Assembly: GCA_029856125.1 (NCBI GenBank)
Contig: JAHQWJ010000007.1
Location: 1 to 64,000 of the forward strand
Origin: Promethearchaeia archaeon
GTDB taxonomy: Archaea > Asgardarchaeota > Lokiarchaeia > Sigyniarchaeales > SOKP01
DNA: 64,000 nucleotides
Direction: 5' to 3'
Made by a program: the position numbers and the translations under genes. This document shows, piece after piece, positions 31,024 through 40,771 of the stretch. Each line of letters opens with the position of its first letter. Positions within the stretch are counted from its first letter, which is position 1. The notes under the pieces are model-generated. The model did not search any database and was not told the DNA's origin. It saw only the letters and a program-made list of their open reading frames with translations.

Positions 31024-31275
31024 TTAATAACGACTTTCTGATCTAAAACTCTGGCGTGGACCTTTTTCTACAACTGTTAAATCCGTTGCTTGAGGACCTT
31101 TTTCACCCTCGGTAACTTCAAATTCTACGATATCTCCTTCGTAGATGATTTTAAAATCATCGCTTTCTCCTTTAATCGCAGAGAAATGTACGAAAATATC
31201 ACCAGAATCATCTTCTCGAGTTATAAATCCATAGCCTTTTCGGCTATCAAACCACTTTACTGTTCCTTTAACCAT
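31024..31275 (-). CDS. cspA: Cold-shock domain protein
   Basis: [31 protein letters not shown]. Confidence 0.93.
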   Translation of the reverse strand: MVKGTVKWFDSRKGYGFITREDDSGDIFVHFSAIKGESDDFKIIYEGDIVEFEVTEGEKGPQATDLTVVEKGPRQSFRSESRY

Positions 31276-31544
31276 CGAAAAAACCTTTCAAACAATATAG
31301 AGTACTATGTTAAATCTGTACTCTTCACCTTAGATGTAACAACCATTTATAATAAATCTTGGTAAAATTGATTATAAGAAAGTAATAGAAATAGGTTTAA
31401 ATTGTAATCTTAACAATTTTATTAATTTATGAACTAAAGTTTTTAAATCGAGATTAAAAAGTTATAAATGAGATTTGATTTAAAATAATAACTCTCTAAA
31501 CCCAGAATTTTTTGCTACCACGAAATCTTAATGGATGAATTGTT

Positions 31545-32090
31545 ATGGCAAATTTGAGCGATCTAACCGTTGACTTATTGGATAAACTAGCAAAGGAAAT
31601 TGGAATCAAACTTAATAAAAAAGATAAGAAATCAGATAGAATTTCTCAAATATATAGTGCTGGTCTTGAAGAACAACGCCTTAATCAATTAATACAAAAA
31701 TATTACAAGCAAAAATCCACACCAAAGAAGAGAAGTAAAGATGTAATTTCAGAGTTAAAAGGTAGAGTTAAACTACTCGAAGAACAGGTCAAATTTTTGA
31801 TGTCAGAAATAAGCGTATCGAAAGTGTCTGTAATGAAAGAAGATGACCGCGGTCTCTTAACCGTTACAACAGATTTAGCTGAAATCAAGAAATTTATTAA
31901 ATCTATTATATCTCCGGGAGAATCTATTACGATCGATGAGTTAATTGAAATAAACGAAATTCAAAAAATACCTCTAATTACTCTAAAGCATTCTATTTAC
32001 GATCTCATTGACGAAAACGTGTTTGACGTAGGGGAAGGCAACTCAAGGCAAAAAATTGGGGGGAAAATCGGAATATTAGTCCGAAAGTAA
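31545..32090 (+). CDS. Hypothetical protein: HeH/Rho-N-like N-terminus, coiled coil, C-terminal winged helix
   Basis: LSDLTVDLLDKLAKEIGI..KKSDRI; ISELKGRVKLLEEQV; SITIDEL..LKHSIYDLID. Confidence 0.5.
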   Translation: MANLSDLTVDLLDKLAKEIGIKLNKKDKKSDRISQIYSAGLEEQRLNQLIQKYYKQKSTPKKRSKDVISELKGRVKLLEEQVKFLMSEISVSKVSVMKEDDRGLLTVTTDLAEIKKFIKSIISPGESITIDELIEINEIQKIPLITLKHSIYDLIDENVFDVGEGNSRQKIGGKIGILVRK

Positions 32091-32161
32091 TTAATTATAA
32101 AGATTAGATTAAATAATATTAAAAAATTTTAATCCAAAATAAAATTAACTTGGCTTTTATT

Positions 32162-32665
32162 ATGAGTGAGGATAAAGATTTAAGATTATTAAAAGAAAGA
32201 AGAAGCATAAGAAGCTACGATTCCCGGCCCATAGATGATGAAATTCTTACTAATATTCTTGATACTTCTCGATGGTGCTGGAGTGCCGTAAATCGTCAAC
32301 CTTGGAAGTTTTATGTTATCAGAAACAGCGATCTTATTTCACAAATAGCTAAGGAATGTACTACTGGGCCGTTTGCAGCAGAGGCTCCAGTATTAGTAGC
32401 TCTAATCGGTGATGTTGAAGCACAACCAAATTGGTATGTGCACGATCTGAGTTTTCTTTCTTTACAATTAGCTTTAGCGGCATGGACTTATGGAATTGGT
32501 ACCTGTTTCATAGGAAATATAAATCGGGATAATGTAAAAAAAATATTGGGATTACGCGAAAAAGACTTTTTATTAACTGTTCTTCCCTTAGGATATCCTG
32601 CTGGGAACATTCCAAAATCGAGACCAAGAAAACCTTTAGATGAAATAGTAAAATATTTTGATTAA
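32162..32665 (+). CDS. Nitroreductase family protein
   Basis: RRSIRSY, SAVNRQPWKF, GIGTCFIG, LPLGYP. Confidence 0.92.
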   Translation: MSEDKDLRLLKERRSIRSYDSRPIDDEILTNILDTSRWCWSAVNRQPWKFYVIRNSDLISQIAKECTTGPFAAEAPVLVALIGDVEAQPNWYVHDLSFLSLQLALAAWTYGIGTCFIGNINRDNVKKILGLREKDFLLTVLPLGYPAGNIPKSRPRKPLDEIVKYFD

Positions 32666-32815
32666 ATAAGAATCTATTTTTTTTCTTATAATCTGCGTTG
32701 TTCCAAATAATAATGTAATAATGGCAGTTTTTTTTAAATATAATCGTAAACAATTTCACTCTTGATGGTAGATGTAATGGATGTGATAACTTCTAACATC
32801 AAATTTCCACATCTT

Positions 32816-33694
32816 TTACTTATTATTTCGTCTCCATATCAAGGCTGAAATTAAACCAATAGAAACTAATAACACCGGATAGATAATTACTTCTAACAAA
32901 GCAGGATTTGCATTATAACCAAATAGAGCTTTTAGTAATGCTCCAATAATCTCTAAAAATTCCGGAGTTGCGGGATTTCCGTCAGGAAATTTTTCAGGCA
33001 AAATATGCTTAATATTCCATACTTCTTCAATAATCGGATTAATTATTCCCGCTTCAATAAATTCGTGGATACCATATGTAATTAGCCCAGCAGCGAATAA
33101 TATTAGCATTATATTTGTTATTTTAAAAAATGTTCTCAAGTTTATTGACTTTATGCCGTAAAAAATTAATAATCCAACGAGAATCGAGATTGCTAAGCCA
33201 ATGATAGATCCTAATATAACGCTTACTTGATTCAAAGAACCTATAGATGCAGCTCCTGTTGTGAGTAGGACTAATTCAATTCCTTCTCTAATTATGATAA
33301 TAAATGTAGTGATAGAAATCGAAAATACCTTTTGCGTATTAATAGAATCTTCTAATCTTCCTTCAAGGTTCTCTTTCATCTTTGGGCCTTCCTTACTAAC
33401 CCATAAAACTAAAGTTAATATAAAAACGCCTGAAATGATAAATGTTGTCCCCTCAAATATTTTTTCAAGGACACCGGTAAATCCACCAAATGCTATTGAA
33501 AATACTATAGCAAATACGATGCTTGCAATTGTTGCTAAAAGGATTCCTACATAGACATACTTATAATAAAGCTTTTGGTTGGTTTTCTTTAAATATAACA
33601 AAATTATTACCACAACTAAGACTGCTTCTAATCCTTCCCTCAGTGCTAAAAATATCGGGATTGATAAGTCAACAAGTGATATCTGATTTATCAT
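32816..33694 (-). CDS. FTR1/EfeU high-affinity iron permease
   Basis: REGLE and REGIE motifs; 7 TMs; GIHEF, ALFGY. Confidence 0.92.
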   Translation of the reverse strand: MINQISLVDLSIPIFLALREGLEAVLVVVIILLYLKKTNQKLYYKYVYVGILLATIASIVFAIVFSIAFGGFTGVLEKIFEGTTFIISGVFILTLVLWVSKEGPKMKENLEGRLEDSINTQKVFSISITTFIIIIREGIELVLLTTGAASIGSLNQVSVILGSIIGLAISILVGLLIFYGIKSINLRTFFKITNIMLILFAAGLITYGIHEFIEAGIINPIIEEVWNIKHILPEKFPDGNPATPEFLEIIGALLKALFGYNANPALLEVIIYPVLLVSIGLISALIWRRNNK

Positions 33695-33763
33695 GTTTTT
33701 ATCACCATATAATGTATTTTAAAGTACGTTTCCTACGAAAATCATGGTTAATTAGAGATTTAA

Positions 33764-33783
33764 ATATTAGGTTTATCTAATAT
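33764..33783. promoter_or_regulatory. DtxR/MntR-type metal box upstream of FTR1
   Basis: ATATTAG-GTTTAT-CTAATAT inverted repeat; core TTAGGTTTATCTAA resembles TTAGGTTAGCCTAA. Confidence 0.55.
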
Positions 33784-33876
33784 AAAAAAAGAAATCTTAC
33801 TCGAAATAAGATATTTCTTTTATATCGTTAAAATTTATTAAACAAAAGCGATATTTAAATATTTAAATAGAAATAA

Positions 33877-34709
33877 TTGAAAAAATCGAATATTCCTAAA
33901 TTAATTAAAAGTATAATAGCCGTTGGAGTTGGCTTGTTCATGCTCCTCGTTGCGCCTATTCTAGTGCAGATATCTCTGGAAGCTCTCCTAACTGTGATTG
34001 TCGATGCCGTTATAACTGAACCTAAATTTGCTAGTGGAATTACTTTATTCTCCTTATTTTATCCTTAATGGCGAGCTTTAATATATGTGGCGGGAATTGT
34101 TCTATTAGCCATTGTCCCATCAATCTATAAAGGTAAGGAATGGACTATGAAGATCGAATTAACTGCATATGCAGTACCATCCGTTGGTGGGATGTTTATG
34201 TTTCTCCCTTACATAAGTTGGGTGGGAGGTATCCCGATTCCTCTGATGATCTCGTTTGTTGGATTGTTGGGCTACATAAGCGTATTTCTGTTTCATAGAT
34301 ACGATAGCAAGGTTGAAAAATTGCGAACCTAATTACTTTCATATTTGTCGGCATGCTGGCTACACACGCGTTCGTTATAGGTATTGGAGCACAAAGAATG
34401 TTGCTTACACGATTGGCGGCTCCTTTTTTCGATGGCTTAGAATGGTGGATCTTAACAATGTCCGGTGAGATCAACTGGATTACTGTTCTCATGCTTTTTG
34501 CTTCAATTCCTATGATGGCAGAGCGTAATAAGAGTGGATGGTGGCTAGCATTGGTTTCAGCATTAAGTATTATAACGATTAATGTTCCAACACAGATTAT
34601 TCGAACATCTACACTCGATTATCTGGTAGGAGTAGTACTTGCTACTGGTTTATTAGCATTTCTATTGATTTTCAAAAGCCGCTTGGTTGATGAGGATCAG
34701 AGAGATTAA
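33877..34709 (+). pseudogene. Multi-TM membrane protein, disrupted
   Basis: In-frame TAA at 34066-34068 (FYP*WRAL) and a 1-nt deletion in the A-run near 34316-34320 join three ORFs into one ~277-aa membrane protein. Confidence 0.8.
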
Positions 34710-34788
34710 AATTCTCTTTTTTTTTTCTTATTTTTGATGCAAATATTAGCATTAACTATTTATTTACAAAAAATTTATTTTGTTAATA

Positions 34789-35157
34789 ATGGTTGTTTTT
34801 ACCTTTGTTGTATGCGCTGAGCCTTACAAATTCGAAGCACTAGACACGATGCTTAACTTAGGACAAGCAATCCTAAAGAAAGGTCATCAAATATTGGGTA
34901 TTTATTTCTATGGAAGCGGCGTGTATAGCGCCAAGCGGGACATAAAACTGAGCTCGTCAATGAGAGACTTACCTAAACGTCTCGAAAAATTTATAGATGG
35001 GAACAATATGAGTCTTTTTGCGTGTAGTACATGGATGAACTTTACTGGCTTAAAACCAGAGCAATTAATCGAGAATGCTAGTCAAGTAGGTTTAGGGGAT
35101 TTATCAAAATGGATGGCGGAATCAGATAGAGTAATAGTTTTTGGTCCTGGAGGATAA
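34789..35157 (+). CDS. dsrE: DsrE/TusD sulfurtransferase subunit
   Basis: AEPY, IYFYGSGVY, ACSTW (conserved Cys), GLGDL...SDRVIVF. Confidence 0.78.
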   Translation: MVVFTFVVCAEPYKFEALDTMLNLGQAILKKGHQILGIYFYGSGVYSAKRDIKLSSSMRDLPKRLEKFIDGNNMSLFACSTWMNFTGLKPEQLIENASQVGLGDLSKWMAESDRVIVFGPGG

Positions 35158-35161
35158 TATC

Positions 35162-35530
35162 ATGGTTAAATCAGTAGTAATTTTGTGCGAGGATTCTCCA
35201 ATCGGTAAGAATTCAGCTATCGAAGCAATCCGGATGGGTGCGGGAATTATGGCAGTAGGCGATCTCGAAGAGTGTAAGATAATCTTTATGGGGGATTCAG
35301 TTTACTTTTTATCCAAGAATTTTGACCCCGAGAAGGTCAATATGGATGTCCCTTCGAACATATTTAGAATGATGGAACTTTCTGATCTGGACGTGTATGT
35401 GTTAGACTCTGCGTTAGAGATTGCGGGATTAAAACAATCAGATTTAGTCGATTTTGATAATGTAAAGGTAGCAAGCAATAAAGAAATTTCAAAATTTATT
35501 CTAGAAGCAGATGTCACGTATAGGTATTGA
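35162..35530 (+). CDS. dsrF: DsrF/TusC subunit
   Basis: SPIGKNSAIEAIR, IFMGDSVY; middle gene of a triplet. Confidence 0.72.
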   Translation: MVKSVVILCEDSPIGKNSAIEAIRMGAGIMAVGDLEECKIIFMGDSVYFLSKNFDPEKVNMDVPSNIFRMMELSDLDVYVLDSALEIAGLKQSDLVDFDNVKVASNKEISKFILEADVTYRY

Positions 35531-35554
35531 TATCTTAAGAAGTGTATAAAAGAA

Positions 35555-35890
35555 ATGAACGAAGAGTTAGTGTATTTATTTGGGTTTAGTACGAGAAAGC
35601 AGGCGTATATAGATAACTTATTGGGTATTGTAAGTGAACAGGCTAAAAATAATATTAGTATTGCAATTGTTCTCATTCACGATGGGGTAATAGGAACATC
35701 GCAAAGTGGTACAATTCCAAGCTCATTAGATAAATTGTTAAGCCTTTCTGTATCTGTCTTTGCGATGACACCCGATCTTCTAGCACGAGGAATTGAACCA
35801 AATACGGTTGATTCTAGAATAAAATGCATTGAATACGACGAACTTGTGGATGTTTTAGCGCAAACTCCAAAAGTCGCTTCTTGGATGTAA
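35555..35890 (+). CDS. dsrH: DsrH/TusB subunit
   Basis: VLIHDGVI, DLLARGI, IEYDELVD, C-terminal SW. Confidence 0.78.
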   Translation: MNEELVYLFGFSTRKQAYIDNLLGIVSEQAKNNISIAIVLIHDGVIGTSQSGTIPSSLDKLLSLSVSVFAMTPDLLARGIEPNTVDSRIKCIEYDELVDVLAQTPKVASWM

Positions 35891-35979
35891 TATTAAATTC
35901 AAAACCTATTAACTTTTTATTATTAGCTATATAATTAATCATTAGTTATTCTATTTGAACTCTAGATGGTTTTGAGAAA

Positions 35980-36765
35980 TTGCAAATTATAGATTTAGAA
36001 GATAAATACAACAACCTTTATTTTATGTGTTTAGAAGATTGGAGCGACGAAATAAAAGAAGCTGGTGGCCATAAAGAGAATTGGTACAATAAGATGAAAA
36101 ATAAAGGTCTTGGAGTAAAATTGGCTATAACCAAAAAAGATGAAGTAGTAGGAATGATACAATACATTCCTATCGAATATTCTTTTGCAGAAGGAGAAGA
36201 TTTATACTATATTAATTGTATATGGATACACGGATACGATGAAGGCGTCGGAAACTTTCAAAAAAAAGGAATAGGTACTAAATTAATAAAAGCCGCTGAA
36301 GAAGATGTCCGTAGTAGAGGGGCTAAAGGAATTGTGGCATGGGGCGTGTCCCTACCTTTTTGGATGAAAGCTTCTTGGTTTAAAAAACAAGGTTATGAAG
36401 AAGTCGATGAACAGAATATCGCAGTTTTACTCTGGAAACCTTTTTCCGACAATGCTATTGCCCCTAAATGGATAAAACAGAAAAAAACACCCAAGAAAAT
36501 ACCGGGAAAAGTATCAGTAACAGCATTTTTGAACGGTTGGTGTCCTTCTCAAAACCTCGTGTTTGAAAGAGCAAAGAGAGCAGCCTCCGAATTCGGAGAT
36601 GATGTGGTTTTTACGGAAATAGACACTTTCAATAGGGAAGCGTTTTCAGAATGGGGTATTGCTGATGCCCTTTATATTGATGGGATCGAAGTTAATACCG
36701 GACCTCCGCCATCATACGAAGATATTAAGAACAATATAGCTGAACAAGTCAAAAAATTGAAATAG
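35980..36765 (+). CDS. GNAT acetyltransferase with YoaP-like/thioredoxin-like C-terminal domain
   Basis: GMIQYIPIEY, INCIWI, QKKGIGTKLI; C-terminal GWCP. Confidence 0.8.
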   Translation: MQIIDLEDKYNNLYFMCLEDWSDEIKEAGGHKENWYNKMKNKGLGVKLAITKKDEVVGMIQYIPIEYSFAEGEDLYYINCIWIHGYDEGVGNFQKKGIGTKLIKAAEEDVRSRGAKGIVAWGVSLPFWMKASWFKKQGYEEVDEQNIAVLLWKPFSDNAIAPKWIKQKKTPKKIPGKVSVTAFLNGWCPSQNLVFERAKRAASEFGDDVVFTEIDTFNREAFSEWGIADALYIDGIEVNTGPPPSYEDIKNNIAEQVKKLK

Positions 36766-36881
36766 TTGAGCTCGTGTTTAATATTTATAGTTGAGAAGAT
36801 TATATTCTTATAATCAATAAATAAAAAATAAATATTTCAAGAAATTCTAAGAAATATTATAAATATAAACGAGGTTTTATT

Positions 36882-37283
36882 ATGTTATTTGACATCTTTA
36901 ACGAAGATTGGGCTCAAACCTTTGGCACCCTTGAAGACATTATGTGGTTTATTCTCCTTTACTTGATCTTTCTTATAGTCATGGCAATATTTCTTAAAAT
37001 CGCTTTGAGTTTCTTCAGTGGTGCGAGACACACGGAGTTTGGATCAGTATTTTTAACTTCTTTCATAATAACGGTTATCTATGCCCTAACATTTTTGTTC
37101 CTAAATGGTTGGGTAGCATGGGTAATTGTTTTAATTGTAGCGTGGTTGTTAATTAGTGCCAGGCATAATACAGGAATCTTTGGAGCAATTGGGGTGACCA
37201 TCGTTGCTTTTATACTCTATGTTATCGTTGCTATATTGCTTGGGATGCTATTAGGTGTAACTTTAATAATTCTACCATTCTAA
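36882..37283 (+). CDS. 4-TM membrane protein
   Basis: Hydrophobic; internal ARHT/ARHN repeat; GAGGT SD. Confidence 0.65.
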   Translation: MLFDIFNEDWAQTFGTLEDIMWFILLYLIFLIVMAIFLKIALSFFSGARHTEFGSVFLTSFIITVIYALTFLFLNGWVAWVIVLIVAWLLISARHNTGIFGAIGVTIVAFILYVIVAILLGMLLGVTLIILPF

Positions 37284-37368
37284 TTTCTTTTTTTTTTAAT
37301 TTAGATCTAAGTAGTAAGGGAATATTGTACTAAACTATATGGTTAGTAGATCCTAGATAAAATACAGT

Positions 37369-37815
37369 TTAGCACGTTTCACCATCTTTTTCGTAACAAT
37401 CAAAAATACTATCTAAATTTTCAATATAACTTACCATAGATTTATACCACCTATCAAGTAAATCGCGTAATTGGACTCTTACAGTTTCAAGATCTTTGGC
37501 GCCGTAAACATATAAGTATCCGCGTTTATTTGTTTCTCCTTCACCTAATTTCTCGTTAAATTCTTTTAACGACATTGATCGCTTCTCGATAATATCGAGG
37601 GCACTCAACTGCATTAGAGCTCTTTGGATTGAACTTCTATCTTTTTTAAATACACTAGTCAATTTCATAGTCGTCACGTTGTCGTGCTTTAATAAATATG
37701 AAAAGACGTTCGCTTCTATTACGTTAAGCCCTAAAATACATTTAAATAGCTTTCCACTTTTGAAAACTTTCTTCTCTTCAACCATATCTTCTAATTGTTT
37801 TGTTATACTTTCCAA
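37369..37815 (-). CDS. TrmB-like HTH transcriptional regulator
   Basis: KCILGLNVIEANVF..L, KDRSSIQRALMQL, GYLYVY. Confidence 0.8.
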   Translation of the reverse strand: MESITKQLEDMVEEKKVFKSGKLFKCILGLNVIEANVFSYLLKHDNVTTMKLTSVFKKDRSSIQRALMQLSALDIIEKRSMSLKEFNEKLGEGETNKRGYLYVYGAKDLETVRVQLRDLLDRWYKSMVSYIENLDSIFDCYEKDGETC

Positions 37816-37874
37816 GGGTATTCACCAAAAATAATTAAATTATAACAATTTTCTTACAAAATAAAAAAAAAAAA

Positions 37875-38282
37875 TTAAGTAAACGATCTTAGCTTTTCTA
37901 ATACTTTCCTAATATATTCCTCATTAACGGCACCAACAACTTTATGTATAACTTCATCGCTTTTTATAAACAATGTTGTTGGGATTCCGGTAATTCTATA
38001 TGTTTGGGCAATAGAACCGACTTCGTCCACATTTACCTTTACAAAGATAAATTCTTGATAATGCTCCTTTTGAATTTTTTCGAATACGGGAGCGAACATC
38101 ATGCAGGGACTGCACCATACTGCCCAGAAGTCTAAGATTAAAATTTTATCGGGATACTCCTTTTTTAGATTCTCAAATTCTTCTGCCGAATGGATTTTAA
38201 CAATATCAGTTGGCATGGATTGAGTTTTTAATAGCATTTCAGCCTTTTTTAGCCTAATTTTATTCAGGTCGTTTTCAGTCAT
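37875..38282 (-). CDS. trxA: Thioredoxin
   Basis: DFWAVWCSPC, KVNVDE, GIPT. Confidence 0.9.
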   Translation of the reverse strand: MTENDLNKIRLKKAEMLLKTQSMPTDIVKIHSAEEFENLKKEYPDKILILDFWAVWCSPCMMFAPVFEKIQKEHYQEFIFVKVNVDEVGSIAQTYRITGIPTTLFIKSDEVIHKVVGAVNEEYIRKVLEKLRSFT

Positions 38283-38306
38283 TTTCTTAGCTTTTTTGTG
38301 TATTTT

Positions 38307-38343
38307 AAAGTTGTGTGATCGTGTGGAACTATCTCACAACTTT
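38307..38343. promoter_or_regulatory. Inverted repeat upstream of the trx-trmB operon
   Basis: AAAGTTGTGTGATCGT-GTGGA-ACTATCTCACAACTTT; 16-bp arms with 2 mismatches. Confidence 0.6.
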
Positions 38344-38490
38344 CTTAAATGGGATCATTTAACCTTCTATTTAAAGATCACGATTATGAAAAAAAGGTAA
38401 AAAGTTTAGTAATAATAAACATCATTTAAAAATACTTAAAAACCTAAATTTCTATAATCTTTCAATAATTATATTTCATTGGAGTTTGAG

Positions 38491-39243
38491 ATGAAGTTAC
38501 ACTCACTTTTTATTTTAACTAAGGCGGGAGCTTGCCTATACAGCAGGAATATTACAGAACATTTTGAGAATATCGAACCAAATCTGATAACACCCTTTTT
38601 CTCGGCTATTTTTTCCTTTTCTGAAAGCGTTATTTCTAAAGAAACGCCCGAAGTCCTCGAAATGGGCGGTTTTAGAATTGTTTTCAAGGTAGAAGGTGAG
38701 CATATTTACGCGCTTTTAGCCGATACAAGTGCTAATATTTTGTATATTAACTCTAGATTAGCGAACATTATTCAAGTATTTAAAGAATTCCTCGAGGATA
38801 ATGTTGTTGAAGATTACGAGGAAATCCATAATAGCGAATTTGATGCAAAAATTGTTTCCATTATTAAAGGGGACGATGAGTTATCTTCAAGCCAACCATT
38901 ATATAAAAAGATAATCGATCTCATTAAACGATTGACTCTTGAAAACGAAATTCTAGGCGCAGGATTATTTACTATAAATGGAAAGATAATTTTTACATCC
39001 TTACCACAAGATATTTTATTGTCCTCACTAAAAGAATTAGAAATCAGACATATTGCAAACACTGAATACTCTTTAACATTTTATAGTTTGGAGAACAATC
39101 AAAAAGTATTTTCAAGAATAATTGATATTCCTTGGAAATTAGATCCCTTGTTGATCGTTGTGTTATACGAGTCTTCAGTCCCTCTTGGTATGTGTGAAGT
39201 AAATTTAGAAAAAATAACAAAAACAATTCAAAATATCATTTGA
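38491..39243 (+). CDS. Longin + roadblock-like two-domain protein
   Basis: LHSLFILTKAGACLYSR..LITPFFSAIFSFSE (longin); ILGAGLFTINGKIIFTSL (roadblock/profilin-like). Confidence 0.7.
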   Translation: MKLHSLFILTKAGACLYSRNITEHFENIEPNLITPFFSAIFSFSESVISKETPEVLEMGGFRIVFKVEGEHIYALLADTSANILYINSRLANIIQVFKEFLEDNVVEDYEEIHNSEFDAKIVSIIKGDDELSSSQPLYKKIIDLIKRLTLENEILGAGLFTINGKIIFTSLPQDILLSSLKELEIRHIANTEYSLTFYSLENNQKVFSRIIDIPWKLDPLLIVVLYESSVPLGMCEVNLEKITKTIQNII

Positions 39244-39334
39244 TTTTTTTTACTTAATTCTAATAACTAACCAGATTTCTAAGAGTCGGAAAAATAAAAT
39301 AATCTTTTTTTATGGTTAATGATTTTGGGAGTTT

Positions 39335-40600
39335 ATGTATGATTTTATTGTTATTGGTGCTGGAATTTCCGGAGCTTCCTTCGCTTACAAAGCTTCAAAA
39401 TACGCAAAAACGCTTCTTGTAGAAGCTCAGGACTACGATCGAGAAATACCCGTAAAAACAAACATATTTGCTGAACATAACAAACCGTTTGTCGACGATA
39501 TTTTTTGGAACGACGATTCAATATTTCCGCGACCATTTGTTCAATTGAATTACAAAAGCGAGAAATACGATGGGCTATTACACTCTAAAGAATTTGGAGC
39601 ACCACTCGGAAAAATATCTCATACAGAATTATTAATCAAAAAGCTTATCGATAAATTTAGAGACCAAGGAGGCACTACTCAATTTAGCGAAAGTATTGCC
39701 AAAATTGAACGACATTCTGACCACATTGAAATCATCAATAACAAAGGAGAATCCTTTTCTACTAAACTTCTAGTTTTAGCTACAGGCTCTCGAGGCTTTC
39801 CTTTGCAAAAATCTCTTGGTTTTGAAACTCCCGACTCGTCTATGGGAATTTATACTAATATTTATGCTGATGAAGCTCTTCTAGAAGATAATTTTAACTT
39901 CCAGTACATGTTTCACTTAAATCCTCAAATTAGCCAGAACGGTCCTTTTTTCTTCAATGTTGGAAAAGGAAGAATTGCAACAGGATACTTAGGGAATAAA
40001 GAAAATCCCGCAGAGCTTAAAAATAAATTAATCAGAATTCTCAAGAACTATAAAATAATTCAACCATTTATGAAAGGAATAAAATGGGACGAATCTATTC
40101 CATTTGTAAGTGGAGGTATTTCGAAACATCCAATAAATTCCTTTTCAAAAGATCGCGTTATCGTGTTAGGAGAAGCAGCAGGATTAGTTACAGCTTTTTT
40201 TTACGAAGGAATCTTATGTGGATTGGCTAGCGCTGATATAGCATCGACATTGTTAGAATCTTTACTCGAAAACAATTCGAATTTTTCAAGGGCTGAATTA
40301 AAGAAATACGACGACGAGGTTGCTCGAGTCTTATTCACGTATTTTAGAAATGGCAATGCCTGCGAATATCTCTTTTATAATGAGAGTAATTCCAGCAAAA
40401 CGCTATGGAATTCTTATGCAAACCTATTAAACACTAATAAGACTGTGAGAAAATACGTGTACGAAGCACATATTAACCAAGATTTATCAAAACATAACAC
40501 TGATAACGACAGATTTGTAGGAGAAAAACTTTTCGCTACTATTCCTGTTCTTTCTAAAATGACGCTATGGCCAAAGTTTCTAAAAGCAATGAGTTTTTAG
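39335..40600 (+). CDS. Geranylgeranyl reductase-family flavoprotein
   Basis: YDFIVIGAGISG, VLATG, LGEAAGLVTAFFYEGI. Confidence 0.75.
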   Translation: MYDFIVIGAGISGASFAYKASKYAKTLLVEAQDYDREIPVKTNIFAEHNKPFVDDIFWNDDSIFPRPFVQLNYKSEKYDGLLHSKEFGAPLGKISHTELLIKKLIDKFRDQGGTTQFSESIAKIERHSDHIEIINNKGESFSTKLLVLATGSRGFPLQKSLGFETPDSSMGIYTNIYADEALLEDNFNFQYMFHLNPQISQNGPFFFNVGKGRIATGYLGNKENPAELKNKLIRILKNYKIIQPFMKGIKWDESIPFVSGGISKHPINSFSKDRVIVLGEAAGLVTAFFYEGILCGLASADIASTLLESLLENNSNFSRAELKKYDDEVARVLFTYFRNGNACEYLFYNESNSSKTLWNSYANLLNTNKTVRKYVYEAHINQDLSKHNTDNDRFVGEKLFATIPVLSKMTLWPKFLKAMSF

Positions 40601-40771
40601 TTTTTTTTGGAATCATTTTGATTTTATTTGTGTGTAAAATATTTTATTATTATTTTATTTGTGACAACAGAACAGAAAAATCCGAAAAACTTCCCATTTT
40701 TATTACCACACTTTTACGTTGTTAATATAATTTAATTTAATTTTCTTTAAAAAAAAGACATAGTGATTATA

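Noticed and set aside
23990-34068. TAA stop-codon reassignment (in-frame TAA in two broken genes)
   Set aside because: TAA ends most intact genes here; both genes have other lesions (truncation, frameshift), so they are pseudogenes
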